Shown here: one piece after another, positions 25,535-39,900 of the stretch | Position numbering within the stretch: the stretch's first letter is position 1 | Layout: every line of letters starts with the position of its first letter | Source: Hemiscyllium ocellatum | Taxonomy: Eukaryota | Length of the DNA stretch: 64,000 nucleotides | Assembly: GCF_020745735.1 (NCBI RefSeq) | Contig: NC_083402.1 | Span: 8,322,004 to 8,386,003 of the forward strand | Direction: 5' to 3' | Translations under genes and position numbers: made by a program | The notes under the pieces: generated by a model | Told to the model about the DNA's origin: nothing | The model's database searches: none | The model's input: the letters and a program-made list of their open reading frames with translations, nothing else

Positions 25535-25588
25535 CTTGTCTGTTGCTGTCAAACACGATGCTGGCATAGGTACAGGAGTCAGGCTGAG
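25535..25588 (-). CDS. 54-nt Tyr-motif cytoplasmic exon (phase 1-1), ITIM-like CTYASI
   Basis: cctgtttgtattacag|CT CAG CCT GAC TCC TGT ACC TAT GCC AGC ATC GTG TTT GAC AGC AAC AGA CAA G|GTAACC. Confidence 0.8.
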
Positions 25589-28026
25589 CTGTAATACAAA
25601 CAGGATTCACTCTGAAACTGCCTTACTGCATTAGCTTTCTGACTCTGGAATCAAAGAATCATACACAATCCTGGATTCACATCACAGCTTTACCATTGGA
25701 AAATGTTCAATGAACTGCATGAGAATCAGACATCAAACCATATTCGGAGTTATTTGGACAGGTGGTGTTCCAACACGCATGTCTTCAGGAGCGACTTAAG
25801 AGGGGGAAAGAGAGTTGGAGAGGTTTGGACAGGGATTCTCACAGTCTTGGAGATTGAAAATTAGACCTCAGTGATGTTACTATTACAGTCCGGTGAAACC
25901 ACCACCACACATCTCTCTCTAATGAGCGTAGATTAGAGTGGTGCTGGAAAAGCACAGCAGGTCAGGCAGCATCCAAGGAGCAGGAAAATCGACATTTCGG
26001 GCAAAAGCCCTTCATCACTTTAATCTAGACTCTGATCTCCAGAACCTGCAGTCCTCACGTTTGCCTAGCTTTTCCTCTCTAATGAGAGAACAGTCCGATG
26101 CCCTCTGGGACTATGGTGAGTTTACATTTACAGGAAGCGACGTGGAGGGGCCAGATTTGGAAATATTGTGAGTGTATAAGGATGACAGACCCAATGCTGT
26201 GGAAGAATTTGAACCTGAGAAGGATAATCTTTAATTTTATGCCTTTTTCAATTCACGAGCCGTTCTTGGCAACACACCTTGGGAAGGATATTCTGACCTG
26301 AGAAAGGGTGTGGTGCAGAATGATGACATCAGATCTCACAGAGTTAAATTACAAGGTGTGGGATCACAAATTATGTTTGTATCCTGTTGCACTGGAAGGT
26401 TTGGGATGATTTGATTGAAATTCTCAAGAAAAGAAGAGCATAAACGATCTTTCCACATTCTCCAAGTCGGGAAGTCTCAGATGCCTTCCCACGGGTTTCC
26501 TCATTCCACAGTTCCCAACCCTATGCCAGGGTTTCCAATTTTCCCACAGTCCCATGGTTCAGGTTACAAACCCTGCACCCAGCACTCTGAGCCAATCCCT
26601 TCCATTGCAGAGGGAAACACATCCTGGTCCTTCACAATGTACATCCAGTCGGTCCATGATTTTAAAGAATCACGGTTCACAGTGTCTCAGAGATATTGGG
26701 GATCACAGTTTACATGAGGGAACTTATTGGGGGTTAAATTCAAAGTGTGTCCCTTGCTAAGGCATCCCTTTTATGCTCCCCCTTCCAGAACCCACTTACC
26801 ATCCCCTCACCATGCTAAGATGTGGCACTTTGACACCCATTCCCAGGTATTTCAAGTGAGTAATACTTTCCTGGAGATATTTTCCAAACAAAATGATTAG
26901 TGATATTATTACACACCTCTGGATCAAGTGGGACTTCACGGAGACCTCCTGGCTTTGAAGGAGGGACATTACCACTGTACCACACGACCCCTAATGGTCT
27001 TGATCATAGAGTCATAGAGATGTAGAGCACAGTAAAAGGCCCTTTGGCCCATTGAGTCCATGCTGGTCAAAACCAACCATCTACCCATTCCAATTCTATT
27101 ATCGAGCAGTTGTCCCAATACTTTATACATCAACATTGCACCTAAACAGACCTTAAACATTATGAGGGTTTCATGCCTGTGTCACCCTTAAAAGCAATGA
27201 CTTTCAGATTCCCGTTCCTCCGAGTGAAAAGGTTTCCCTCACATCTCCGATAAACCTCTAACATTCATCAAAGATCCTGAGACATCACCTTCCCAACCCA
27301 CGATAACATCCAGCTAAACATTCAGTGGCAGCAGATAAATGGGAACACCACCACCTGCAAATTCCCCTCCAAGGCACTCACCGTCCTGGCTTGGAAATAT
27401 ATCATCACTCCTTCACTCTTGTTCGGTCAAAATCCTGGAATTCACTCCCTAAAGGCATTATGGGTCAACCTCCAGCACGTGGACTGTCACGGTTTAAGAA
27501 GGCAGCTCATCGCCATCTTCTCAAGAGATCAACAAGGGATGGCCAATGAATGCTGGCCAGCCAGTGACATGCATGTTTCATGAATGAATAAAAACAAACA
27601 CCCTGCCCCGTACATTAAATTAATGTCCCATGGTCACTGATCACTCCATCATGGGGAAATAATTTTCAATTCAACCGTATTTATGTCCCTCATAATTTTA
27701 AGCATTTCAATCATGTCTCCTCTCAATCTCCTCCTCCCTGGAGAAAACAATCTATCCAAATTCTCTTCAGAATTGAAACTCTCCAGCCCAGGTAACATCC
27801 TGGCAAATCTGCTCTGTACCCTCTCCAGATCCCTCCCATAATATGGATTCCTGAACTTCACACAATTCTTTAGCTGTGACCTAACCAATTTTTCATCCAG
27901 TTCCAGCATAACCTCACTGCTCTGAGTTAAGCTCTATGCTTCAACTAATAAAGGGAAGTATCCCATAGGGTTTTTTATCCACGTTATCCACCTGTCCCGA
28001 TACATTAAGGGACTGGTGTACATGTA

Positions 28027-28230
28027 CTGAAAATGTGTTGCTGGAAAGGCGCAGCAGGTCTGGCAGCATCCTATGAGCAGGAGAATCGATGTTTCGGGCA
28101 TGAGCCCTTCTTCAGGCTCATGCCCGAAACGTTGATTCTCCTGCTCTTTGGATGTTGCCTGACCTGCTGCGCTTTTCCAGCAACACATTTTCAGCTCTGA
28201 TCTCCAGTATCTGCAGTCCTCACTTTCTCC
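28027..28230. mobile_element. Head-to-head (palindromic) pair of Penelope-like termini
   Basis: ctgaaaatgtgttgctggaaa..gggcatgagc / gctcatgcccg..ttccagcaacacattttcag inverted arms. Confidence 0.75.
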
Positions 28231-28269
28231 TGGTGTACATGTACACCAAGGTCACTCTGATCCTTGGTG

Positions 28270-29960
28270 TTTCCCATGGTCCTATTGCTCATTATGTCTT
28301 CCCTTGCTTTTTCTGTCCTGCCCAAGTGTATCACCTCACGCTTATCCAGGTTGAATACTGTTTGCTACTGATCAATCTATCTGAGCAGCCCGTATAGATC
28401 CTCTTGTTATCTAAGGCTATCCTCCTCAATATTTACCACCACAACTATTTGTTTATCATCTGGAACCATATTGATCAACCCTTCTTCATTCCAGTCACAA
28501 AAATGTCCCTCAACCATCATCCTCTGTTTCCTGCCAGTCAGTAAATTGTGCATCGAATTTGCCCCAAATTTCCTTGGATCCCATGGGCTCTCACCTTTGC
28601 TATCGTTCTCCCATATGGAACCTGGTCAAAAGTTTTGCCGAAGTCCAAGAAGACACAAGAACATCAGAAATCGGAGCAGGAGAGGGCTGTCTGATCCCTC
28701 GAGGAGAATGTGAGGACTGCGGATGCTGGAGATTAGAGTCGAAGAGTGTGGAGCTGGAAAAGCACAGCCGGTCAGGCAGCATCTGAGATGTAGGAGAGTC
28801 GTCATTTCGGGAAGAAGCCTTCCATCAGGAAGAAAGATCCTTCCTGGTGAAGGGCTTATACTCGAAACGTCAATTCTCCTGCACCGCAGATGCTACCTAT
28901 CTGGCCCCTCGAGCCAGCTCCATCATTCAATAAGATCTCTTTTAAAATCTATCTCCCTTTGCATTAAAAAGATGGCATTAAATTCATTCCCCGCGTCTAC
29001 ACATCTGGTAACCTCTTCAAAACAAATTCAGGGAAGTTGTTAAGATATGACCTCCTGAGCAAATCCATGTTCATGATTGATCCCTGTCTCTCCAAATGCA
29101 GATCCATTCCGTCCCTCAGAATTACCTCGAACAGTTTCCACACCACTGAGTATAGACTGAGAGAAAGTGGGAACTGCACATGCTGGAGAGTCAGAGTTGA
29201 ACAGTGTGGCACTGGAAAAGCACAGCAGGTCAGGCAGCATCTGAGGAGCAGGACGGTCGATGTTTTGGGCATAAGCCGTTCAATAACCTGATCTGCCACA
29301 CATTTTGACACTAAGTTAAGACTGACTAGCCTGAAGTTTCCTGGTTTATCCCTTGTTCCCTTCTTGAGGTACCACACTGGCTGTCCTCCTGTCCTCCAGC
29401 ACCTCTCCTGCAGCCGGAGAGGAATGGAAAATTATTTCCAAAACCCCTGCTATTTTCTCCCCTGCCTCACTCAACAACCTGAGATACATTTCATCCTGCC
29501 CTGGAGATTTATCTACTTTTTGCCGTCCATACCACTCAGCAATTCCTCTCGATGTTCATTTCTTTAACCTTGTCACAGACTATCTCCCTGATTTCTACAC
29601 CAAAATCATCCCTCTCACACCTGAACAGCAACATAAAGCTGTCAATTACAGCCTGACATACATCTTCTGGGTTCAAGTTTCAATTACAACCATGGTTTTT
29701 GTTGTCTTTTTACCATGAATATTCCTTTAAATATTTTGAATGTTTCTTTATATTACCTGTCAGTATACTTTCATATTTCCTTTAAGCACTCTGAATCTCC
29801 ACTTTAAGTTCCCACTTGCACATTTTATAATCCTCCAGAAATTGCTCCTGTTTTGAATTCTCAGTATCTGCCATAAGCCTCCCTTTTCCCTTCATCCAAT
29901 GCTGTGTATTCCTCAGTATTCAAGGTTCACTGGATTTGTTGGTCCCACCCTTTAGCCCTG
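28270..29960 (-). mobile_element. Old CR1 LINE fragments interrupted by short repeats
   Basis: KKGTRDKPGNFRLVSL and DLHLERQG remnants. Confidence 0.65.
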
Positions 29961-30339
29961 TACTCTCCTTATTTCCTTCTTCAATGCATCCCATTGCATA
30001 CCTGGTCTGGCCGACATGTGACTCCAGTCCCACAAAAGGGCACTGCTGTAAGGTACAGTAATTGTTGAAGAATGGGAGGGGCTGTCAGTGAGCAGATTTA
30101 TACAGGGCTACAAGGTGCCACATGCTCAAAGAGGAAGCCAATGTCATCAGGAAGTGATGGAAAGCAGCAGCCAGTCTCAAAGATTGCACTGCAGCAAATA
30201 TGCATTTAGAAACATTGTACAGGATGATTTTCCATTTACTTTGGTAAATGGAGGGTACAGAAACAGATATTTTATTTTAAAGACACAGAGATTTGCCTCC
30301 TCTGACTCATCGAGGTGAGGAAGCAAATTGTTGGGAGCT

Positions 30340-31115
30340 TGTACAGAATCCTTGGATTCTGTTTAGTCACAGGACAGGTCCCAGAGCACTGGAGAAGAGC
30401 CACCATTGTTCCTTTGTTTGAGGGCAACAGGGATAATACAGGAACTTACAGGCTGGTGAGCCTTACGTCCGTGGTAGGGAAAATATTGGAGTAGATTCTT
30501 AATGACTGGCTATACTCAATTTGAAAAAAATATCTTCTTATTAACACGAGGCAACATGGTTTTGTGCAGGAAGGTCATGTCACAGAAACTTGATTCAGCC
30601 TTTTGAGCAAGTTTCATGATTGACAATGACAGGGTGATAGATATTGTCCACATGGACTTTCGTAAGGCCTTTGACAAAGATTTTCATGACAGGCTGATAC
30701 TGAAATTGAAGCCACATGGATCTGCGGAGAGGTGGTAAGATGGATGCAGAATTGACTTAGTCATAGAAGACAGAGAGTAGTGGTGGAAGGGTGTTTTTCT
30801 GACTGGAAATCTGTGACCATTGGTGATCCACAGGAGTCAGTGTTGGGACCCCTGTTAGTTCACAACACTTATAAATATTTTGGAGAATATTGTAAGTGGG
30901 ATGATTAGTAAGTTTGCAGATGACACAAAGATTGAGGGAGCTTTGGATCGTGAGGAAGATTGCCAGAGGATACAGCAGGACATATAAAGGCTGTCAACTT
31001 GGGCACAGAAATGGCTGTTGTAATTTAATTTTGAGAGACATGTGGTGATGCATAAGGTCTAATGCAAGAGGGAAGTATACAGTAAATGGTACAACCCTTA
31101 GAAGCATTGAAGAGA
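30340..31115 (+). mobile_element. CR1 LINE RT fragment
   Basis: GNYRLVSLTSVVGK, MDFRKAFDK, SKFADDTKI-type sequence with frameshifts. Confidence 0.8.
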
Positions 31116-31659
31116 TCTAGGGTAGCTTACTCCCTCCTGCTGCAGGCCTTTCCTCACTCTTGGTTCAGGCTTTCCCTCACTCCTGGTTTAGGCCTTCCTT
31201 CACTCCTGGTGTGGCCCTCCCTTAATTCCTGACATCTCACTGCAATTATATCGATCTTTGGTGAGATCCCACCTGGAATGTGGTGAACGGATTGGATTTC
31301 CATATCAACAAAAAGATTCACTTGTTACAGAGTGAGTGTCATACACTGTCTTGAACCAGGGAATACAGTCTCAGAATGAGGGATAGGTGGTTGGAACTGA
31401 GATGAGGGGGAATTTGTTGTTTCGAAGCAGTTAATCTTGGGAATTCTCTCATCAAAGAGCTGTGGAAGCTTAACCATTGAGTATGTTCATGAATGAGATT
31501 GATAGTTTCCCGGCATTAAAAACATTGAGGGGTAAAGGGATAGTGCAGGAAAGTGGTATTGAACTACAAGCTCAAACATGATCCTCTTGAATGGTGGAGC
31601 ATCTTGTCCTTAGTGGAGAACGTCCTGATACACATTCTCCTGACTCTCCTACTTCCTGT

Positions 31660-32520
31660 GGCTGTGGGAATCCTTCCAAAGACACACTACAGCTTTAAAC
31701 CTTCCAATAGAATCACCAACATGGCCTTTGTTGTCAGACAAATCCAAGTGAAATGTCAAAAACAACACCAGGAACTCTGTATTACATTTCTCAACCTGAT
31801 CACAGCAGATGACTCAGTAAATCACTTGATGAATCATATTCTTAAAATTTGGAATGTCCAGAAACTTCTTCCAAATTCTGCAATTGCTTTGGGATGACTT
31901 GACATCTTCAGGAACGGATGTCTTCAAGGAATATGACCAAGGTAAAGCAACACTGTGTGATAGCTCCATATTATCTATAATCTACCAAACAGCAGCTTTG
32001 ACTTCTGGTTTCAGGATTAAACACGGCCCAGACAGAAATCTCTTCAACCTCAGTCTCATCCATGCCAATGATAAAATGACCACAACAGACCAACATAAGA
32101 TGCAGTACGCACTGATAACATCACTGTTGTTTTCACATTCTGCACCCGACTAGCAAGCCACCCTTGATCTCTTCAATGCTGCAAACAAGGGACTTGGCCA
32201 ATGCTTGAGTGTTGCCAAACCAAAACACAAATCACTGGTCAGTTCAATATTCTACCTCTTGTACATGCTAAGACTCCGGGATACATTAAGCACTCTCGAT
32301 AGCTTGGGAGCACCTCCGTCAAAAGGTTGCCCAGGGCTGACATCACTGGCTCTGCCCATCAGTGCCAGTCTCAGTCCAGCCCATAGGTGACCACGAGGGC
32401 ACTCTGCTTCTCAATGCCCATTGGGGAAGAGATCCAACACTGGATCAGCTGAGACAGCTCAACCTTCCAGAAACTATGGCAGTGACTGTTTGACAACAAA
32501 GCTCTCCACAAGGCAGCAAA
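31660..32520 (+). mobile_element. RTE-clade LINE RT fragment, degenerate
   Basis: LPKTHYSFKPSNRITNMAFVVRQIQVKCQKQHQELCITF resembles the RTE LPESQCGFR..TDMIF..RQ.QEKC motif. Confidence 0.65.
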
Positions 32521-32954
32521 AAGTCCTTGCTTTCATCATCAGTCGGTGTAAATGTTGGGAGACCCACAATGCCACTGGGGAGGGAATTCCAGGAGTGTGA
32601 CCCAGTGACAGTGAGCGAACGACAATATATTTCCATGTCAGTACAGAGTGGGTGGCTTGGAAGGGAACTTGGAGCTGGTGGTGATCCCATGTAACTGCAG
32701 TAACAAACAGGAATGCAGTGACTGCATCTTCACGGTCAGGAAACTGAACAGTGTTTAGACACATTCCCTGTTCTTCCAAAGACACAAACTTCAAAAGCTT
32801 TTGCCTCTATATTTTTGAAATCATTTCATTTTTTGTGTGTGTTTGGGACTTCTTCAATTCATTAACCAACTACTGCAGCTTGCAGGATGTTTTATAATGT
32901 TTCGATTCACAATCACCTTGTTAAATACAAATCGTTCTGAGACTCGGAGCGATT

Positions 32955-33272
32955 AAGGGGTGCCACAGTGGTACAGTGGTCAGCACTGCTGCCTCACAAC
33001 ACCAGGGATTTGGGTTCAATTCCCACCTCGGGCAACTGTCTGTATGGAATTTGCACATTCTCCCTGTGTGTGCATGGGTTTCCTCCAGGTGCTCCAATGT
33101 CCTCCCACAGTCCAAAGATGTGCAGGGTAGCGAATTGGCCATGATAAATTGCTTATAGTGTTTGGTGAAGGGGTAAATAAAGGGGAATGGATCTGGGTGA
33201 GTTGCTCTTTGGAGGGTCGGTGTGGACTGGGTGGGCCGAAAGGCCTGTTTCCACACTGTAAGTAATCTAATC
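32955..33272 (+). mobile_element. Full-length HE1-type V-SINE
   Basis: tRNA-like head, V-domain (ggaatttgcacattctccctgtgtgtgcatgggtttcctcc), LINE-derived tail and (taatc)n end. Confidence 0.85.
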
Positions 33273-34599
33273 AAAGTAACTGTTCCAGTCTCTGACAGGT
33301 ACAGATCAGAGTTAACTCTGTTATGTCACACGTGTGTCTTATGGAATGCCACTCCAGTGTGGCAGCAAAACAGGAAATATTGTCTTCCCGTTGTACTGCA
33401 TTATACATAACAGGAGGAGACCACTCAGCCCCCTGTGCCTGGGCTGGCCCTTTGAAAAAGCTATTGAAATTAGTCACACACCCCGTGTCCTTTCCTGGGT
33501 CTGCTGCATTGAGTCTGTCATGTGACCTCTGGTTCTTTCATCACCACCTTTACCTGGATCCATTTACTAACTGACTGTCCTGCCTTTGGAAACAGTTGCT
33601 CATGACTTGCTTTCGAAAGACTCTTCTTGAATTGGCACAGCCCAATCAAATCTCCCCTGAATCTTCTCTGTTGTAAAGACAATACCAGTTCCTCCAAAGA
33701 ACTGAAGTCTCTCTTCTCTGGAACCATTCGATTCATCTGCTTTGTACAAAAACATCTTCCTTAAAGGATAGTGCACAGAATTGGTCATGTGTCTGCAGCT
33801 GGGCTCAAACTGATGTTTTGGAAATGTCCATCCTTGCTTTTCTACTCCATTTGGCATTCAATAAAAACAAACATTTCTTTTGCCTATTTTAATGCATTTC
33901 ATTAAACCTCCAAGCTTCAAAGACTTCTCAATGTGCATTTCTGCTAACTTTCTGTTCCTGTAACCATTGTAAAATTACACCATTTATCACACCTCTCTTT
34001 GTTCTTCCTATCATGATGTGTCACTTCACTCTTCCCAGTGTTAACTTTCATTTGGCTAGCCATTTCACCAGCCTATATGCCCCAGAGCCTGTCAGCACTT
34101 TCCTCACTCTTCACTGGGTTTTGAATTTTGTGTCATCTGCAAACATTGGAGTTTGTCCTGTATCCCTGAGTGCAGATCACTCACAAAGATCAAGAAGAGA
34201 GTTATATCACCAGCGCTGCACACTTCCCTCCTGTCTGAAATAAAACCACAGACCACAGCGCTCTGCTTCCTGGCCCAAAGCCAATTCCCAAACCACACAG
34301 CCAGTAACTTTGAACCTCATCTGCTTCAATTTCAAGAAGATATGTACATCGTACTTCACAGCAGGGGCAAGCCCTATGGCCCATTGAGTTTTCTCCACAA
34401 TTCATTAAGACCATAACTGATCTGGTTCTGGCTCAGTTCTGCTCTCCTACCTTGTCCCCACTCCTCTCGATAAGGCCAAAGGCTTGTGTTAGCACTGAGG
34501 CTATTGGGATGAGAGGGGTTGATGGGACGGGATGGGGTCATTCGTTGACATAAACAGTGAATGAGTTTCGTCCTTTGTGTTTTGAATCCACCCAGGATC

Positions 34600-35175
34600 A
34601 CAGCTCTCTCCTCAGACAGCTGCTCTCACCACATCCAGAGACCCACCCTCAGTGCTATGTGCCATCATGTACACACTCTTGACCTCTCTCTCCATCAGCA
34701 CCCCTTCAACTGTCTCAAAGCTGTCCTGAGCCCCAGTTCGACTTAATTCTCCGGCTCATTCACCCGATACCATGTACCCCCACCCCTCTAGAACCTTCCT
34801 CCACCCACTGTCCCACTTGTCTCTCCCCATTCTCCTGCCTCCACCTCTTGTTGGACATTCACTATCCCTTCTCCGATGCTGAATGTTCTGTACTCAGCAA
34901 AGGTCTCAGTTTTAATCACTTTGCACTCCCACCTCACTGAAGTTCAGACACGACATGATGTTGATCTCTTCTTCCGTTGCCTTTGCCTCAGTGCCCATTT
35001 CTTTGGACAGGAGTCCTCTGTCCATCCCACAGACCCCTTCACCCACCTCCAACTCTCTTCCTCCACCTGGACCCCTCCCTCTGGCCTTTAAGCCGCACTT
35101 GTCTCGTTCATTGAGAACTGACACTGGTCTTTGTATTTCTCTGCCCTCCTCCATTCACTCCTCTCTCCCACTGAA
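34600..35175 (+). mobile_element. Penelope-like element ORF N-terminal fragment (paralogous copy at about 18200-18490 on -)
   Basis: TRHDVDLFFRCLCLSAHFFGQESS..TWTPPSG resembles the pre-RT region of the element at 36.8 kb. Confidence 0.6.
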
Positions 35176-35268
35176 CTGAATACTCTCAGGCTGTTCTGTC
35201 CACACCAGTCACTCATCTCATCTCAGATCTAGACAAAAGCTCAAAACCACCAACGTACGGCCATTTCC

Positions 35269-35316
35269 CTGTTCTGTTGCTGTCAATCTTGGCACAGAAG
35301 CTGGAACTGTCCTGAT
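35269..35316 (-). pseudogene. Dead duplicate of the 48-nt ITIM exon
   Basis: ttacag|AT CAG GAC AGT TCC AGC TTC TGT GCC AAG ATT GAC AGC AAC AGA ACA G|GGAAAT: Tyr->Cys and donor GT->GG relative to 39901-39948. Confidence 0.8.
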
Positions 35317-35374
35317 CTGTAACACAAACAGGAATGATAAGGGGATATTTATTGGTAGGTGTGTTGTTAGGTAT

Positions 35375-35800
35375 CAGCAACAGCTCAGTGGACACCACAT
35401 ACCCCTCGGAGTTAGAAGGCTGTGGGTTCAATTCCCCATTCCAGTGATTACAACGTAAGATCAATGCTGAGACTTCGGAGCAGTTCGAATGGAGCGCTGC
35501 AATGTCTAAAGTGTTATCTTGTGGCTCAGATGTTCAAGGTTGCACTGGCCTGCTCTCTCAGGTGGAGGTGAACAATTCCACATGCATTACTTCAATGAAG
35601 AACAGAGGAGCTCTCTACCGTGTCCTTGTCACTCATCCCTCAACCCAGATCATTGTGTCCTCACCATCACTCATCCCTCAGGCTACATCATGAAAATACA
35701 CAGGCTAACTGATTGAACACAGTGCTGTTTGTGGGACATTACTCTTCACAAACTGGTTGTTGCATTTCTCATTACCAGAATGAAAATAAATGCATTTACG
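35375..35800 (+). mobile_element. Deu-domain-type SINE; its head is also present at about 40015-40050, cut by a LINE
   Basis: tRNA-like head tatcagcaacagctcagtgg..; gctgtttgtggga..aaactggttg motif. Confidence 0.55.
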
Positions 35801-36829
35801 CCTAACTTTTCATGATCTCAGGGCACTGAATAACCCCTTACAGCAGATGATGCTCTATTTTTATGTTTGCAGTCAACTAATTTCTTACTGCAAGCTGCCA
35901 CAAACCACAATGTGATCATGATGTCATCATCTGGTTAAAGCACTGAACAGGAGAGTTGGATTCGCCTGTATTGATCACAGAGTACAGACATTGGGCAGGG
36001 CAGACACACTAAACACAGGGAAAAAGTAGAGAAATATGTGAATGGAGAACCACTGCAGAATTCTAACCTGTGGTGGGAATCAGGTCACAAAGGGAGGTAC
36101 ATTCTTACACCATGGAATCAGGAAGGTTAATAAAATGCTATCCTTGAATAAAAGAGGAATTGGATATAAACATAAACATGTTATTTTAGATATACAAGGC
36201 AGTTCTGAGATCACATCTCAAATGCTGTACATAATGAAGGATATTGGTGCTGGCTCAAAGGAAGTTTCTGAGTTTGAGAAGGAGGTTGTCTCATGAGGAG
36301 AGGGAGGACAGGCTGGGTTTGTTTCCCCTGGAGTTTAGAATAATGAGGGGCTGTGAGAATGTAAACTTCAGAACTTTAGTAATGATTCAGAGCTTAAACG
36401 AATCAACAATGACTTTTTTCTGAAATGCAGTGGTACTGAGATAAAAGGGACAAGGAGAAACTGTTATCAAGGAATTAAAAGCAACATGTTCATTAGCCAT
36501 CCCTGAGAAGAAGGAGTCAACACAACATCAAGGATCTGTTCCTGGGATACAGGAGAGAGTTAACACTGAATGTAACAAGGAACAAGGAAGCTACTCCTGA
36601 TAAGAAGGCAAGATACAGACAAGTGACTTGAAGAGTAATCAGTGTTGTGGTTGAACGGATTGAAATGATCATCAATCATCTCACACCGGAGATTTTACCT
36701 GTCCATCGAGAACTGCTAACATTACATGGATCATTTTATTTCTCTGCCCTCCACCATTCACCCCTATGTCCCCCAAACTGACTGGTGTCAGGCTGTTGTG
36801 TCCACAACAGTTACAAAGTTCATCTGATC

Positions 36830-38170
36830 CAGCATCTCCCCACCACCCCCATAGCCTCCAAGCTCACATTCCCACAATCCTGACTTGCCCACTTCTGCCT
36901 TCTTCCCAAAATCTATAGCTGGACTGCCCAGGCAGACCCAGGGTTCCTGCTTCTTCCTGCCTGAGGGAACTTATCTCTGCTGACCTTCACTCAATTTTTC
37001 CGCCCCTTGTCCAGCCCTTCCCAACTACATCCATGATTCTTTTGCCACTTTATGTCAGTGTCAGAATTATTGGTTAGTGAGCTCCAGCCACCTCCTCTTC
37101 ATTGGTGTGGTCACACGTACCCACCTGGGCCCCAGTTATGCCTCTCTCATTGTGGGGCAAGTGGAACATTCCTCATTCCAGGCCTCCTCAGGCCACTCCC
37201 ACAACTCTTTCTCCTGTATGTCGATGACATCATCAGTGCTGCTTCCCTCTCTCATCCAGAATTGGAAAAAGTGATCAATTTCACTTCCAATATCCACCCT
37301 GTTCTCACCTTCACCTGATCTCTGACACCTCCCTTCCCTTCCTTGACATCTCTGTTTCTATTTCTGGGGATAGGCTGGCCACCAATATTCATTCCAAACT
37401 CACTGACTCCCACAGTTACCTTGACTCCCCATCCTCACACCCTGCTTCCTGTAAAGACTCTGTTCCATTCTCCCAGTTTCTCCAAGCCCACCGCATCTGT
37501 CTGATGGGGCCACATTCTGCACAGGGGTCCTCCGAAATGTCAAGCTTTATCCTCAACCAAGGATTCTCCATCACCACGGTTGACAAGGCCCTCAGCCGTG
37601 TCCAACCCATCTCCTGCATTTCTGCCCTCATCACTTCCCTTCCCTTGCCTTGCCCTCATCTATCATCCCACCCACATCCACATCCAGAGGATCATTAACC
37701 ACCATTTCCACAGCACTCCAGCGGTGCTCAGTGCAAGGTGGAAGAACAGCATCTCATTCTCCACATGGGCACCCTGCAGCTTCCTGGCCTCAGTATTGAG
37801 TTCTAAATACTTTTACAGCCAGAACACATCATTCCATGTGCTTTATCCATCCTCACACCTCAGGCCCTGTCATGACATGAGTTGTTTTCAGCACAGCCAA
37901 ACCATTTTCACCAACTTATTGTCTCCACTATCAGCTTTTCATTCTCCCTGGCATCCTTTTGATGATCTGACTTCCATTCACTACCTCTGGGCTCCATCTC
38001 CCCCTATCTGCTCACTCCTTTTCCCCTCCTCCATCACCTGTCTTTACCATAGATACCATTTTCCTCCAGCTACAGACAGTTCTGAAGAAGGATCACTGGA
38101 TTTGAAATTTTAACTCTGGTTTCTCTCCACAGATGCTGCCAGACCTGCTGAGTTTCTCCAGCATTTTCTG
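36830..38170 (+). mobile_element. Penelope-like retroelement RT, degenerate, with hammerhead-like terminus near 38080-38115
   Basis: FCLLPKI..CPGRP; THLGPSYASL; FLLYVDDIISAAS; FTSNIHPVLTFT; PFLDISVS; KDSVPFSQF. Confidence 0.8.
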
Positions 38171-39771
38171 TTGATTTATATTGGAAGGCTTCCTGAACAA
38201 GAAGAGGAGGCTATTCAGCCCATTGTATATGTGTTGATTGATAAAGGGCTCTCTAGAACATCCCACTGCCCAGCTCCTGGTCCATAGCCCTGGAGACTCA
38301 TGTTATTCAAATCCTCATCCAAGTGAGTTTTAAATGTCGAAGTCAAAAAGGGTGGTGCTGGAAAAGCACAGCCGGTCAGGCAGCATCCGAGGAGCAGAAG
38401 ACTCATTTTTGATGAAGAGTTTATACTTGAAACATCGACTCTCCTGCCTCTTGGAAGCTGCCGAACTAGCTGTGCTTTTCCAGCACCACACATTTTGACT
38501 CTGATTTGCAGCATCTGCAGTCCACACTTTCTCCTGGGTTTTAGATGTGTTGACGGTTCCTGTCTCTCTAAACATAGACTACAGAACATGGAACAGGACA
38601 GTGCAGGAACATGGCCTTTGGTCCTCCATGTCAGTACAAACCATGATGCCATTCTAAACTAATCCCATTTCCCAGCACATGGTCCATCCCTCTCTATTCC
38701 TGTTGTTCATGGACCTGTCTAAATGGCTCTTAAATGTTGCTCACAGATCTGCTTCTAGCACCTCCCCTGGTAGCCTGTTCCAGACACCTACCATCTCTTT
38801 GTTAAAAGCTATCCTCACAAATCACCCTCAAATTTTTCCTCATTCACCTTAAATTTATGACGCTTGTATATGACATCTCCACTCTTTGAAAAAAAACTGA
38901 CTGTCCCCCCTATCCCTGCCTCTCATAAATTTATGTATTTCTGTCAGGTCTCCCCTCACCCTCCAATACTCTCACAAATATAAATCCAGGTTTGACCAAG
39001 TTCTCCTGATAGTTAACACACACCAAATCAGGGAACATCCTGCTCAATCTCTTCTGCACCTTTGTTTTGTGCACAAGTGCCCCTAAGTCCCTTCATGTTG
39101 TAGCTTTCTTCCATTTCTTTTCTCCAGACCTGCTGAGTTTGTCTGTTTGTTTCTCAATCATGACTCCTACATACATGTCCAAACTTTGATAGAAGCTGAA
39201 CACTGAGGGAACTAGTCCTGAGTGGCACTCGGAACAGCATCGCAGTCACAAAACTACCCACTCACAATAACTCAATGTCTCCTGCTTTGGATCAATCTCG
39301 CCACTTTCCCCTGGATCCCATGAACCTTTGATTCTGTGACCAGTCTGCCTTGTGGAACTTCACCAAACACCTTGCTAACATCCGCATTGATGGTCAATAT
39401 CAAACACCCAATCAACCATCCTTCAATACTCCTTAAAAATTCAATCACGTTTATCAGACCCGACCACCCTTCAACAAACGTCTTCTGAGGGAATGGTACT
39501 GGGTCAGACTGGCATCATGAAGACCTCATCAGGGGAGAATTCAAGGTCAGTTAAAACTGAACTGGGGGTTCTCATTTGGGATGATTCTCTGACGGTGGCC
39601 AGGCACGAATTCTATGAGTTGACCAGTTTCCCACTGCAGCTTCAAACATCAACACTGCAACTCCTCCTCAGGAAACCAGACCCACAGTGAAATCAGCTCT
39701 TAAAGATATGGGGGAGTGGGAGTGATCTCAAACAATACATTTTCTCAATATAGAAACAAATGTTGACTCAC

Positions 39772-39807
39772 GGCCTTCTGACAGACTGTTTGTGAATCTC
39801 TTGCCAC
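39772..39807 (-). CDS. 36-nt spacer cytoplasmic exon (phase 1-1)
   Basis: cattttgtctttgttaaag|GT GGC AAG AGA TTC ACA AAC AGT CTG TCA GAA GGC C|GTGAGT. Confidence 0.78.
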
Positions 39808-39900
39808 CTTTAACAAAGACAAAATGTTCTCTTAGTTTGATTATAGAATCTGAATATCAATTAGACAATTGCTCAAAACCTTTAAGGTGCAGCCATTTAC

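Noticed and set aside
32955-33030. tRNA gene
   Set aside because: tRNA-like head of a SINE; continues into the V-domain and LINE-derived tail
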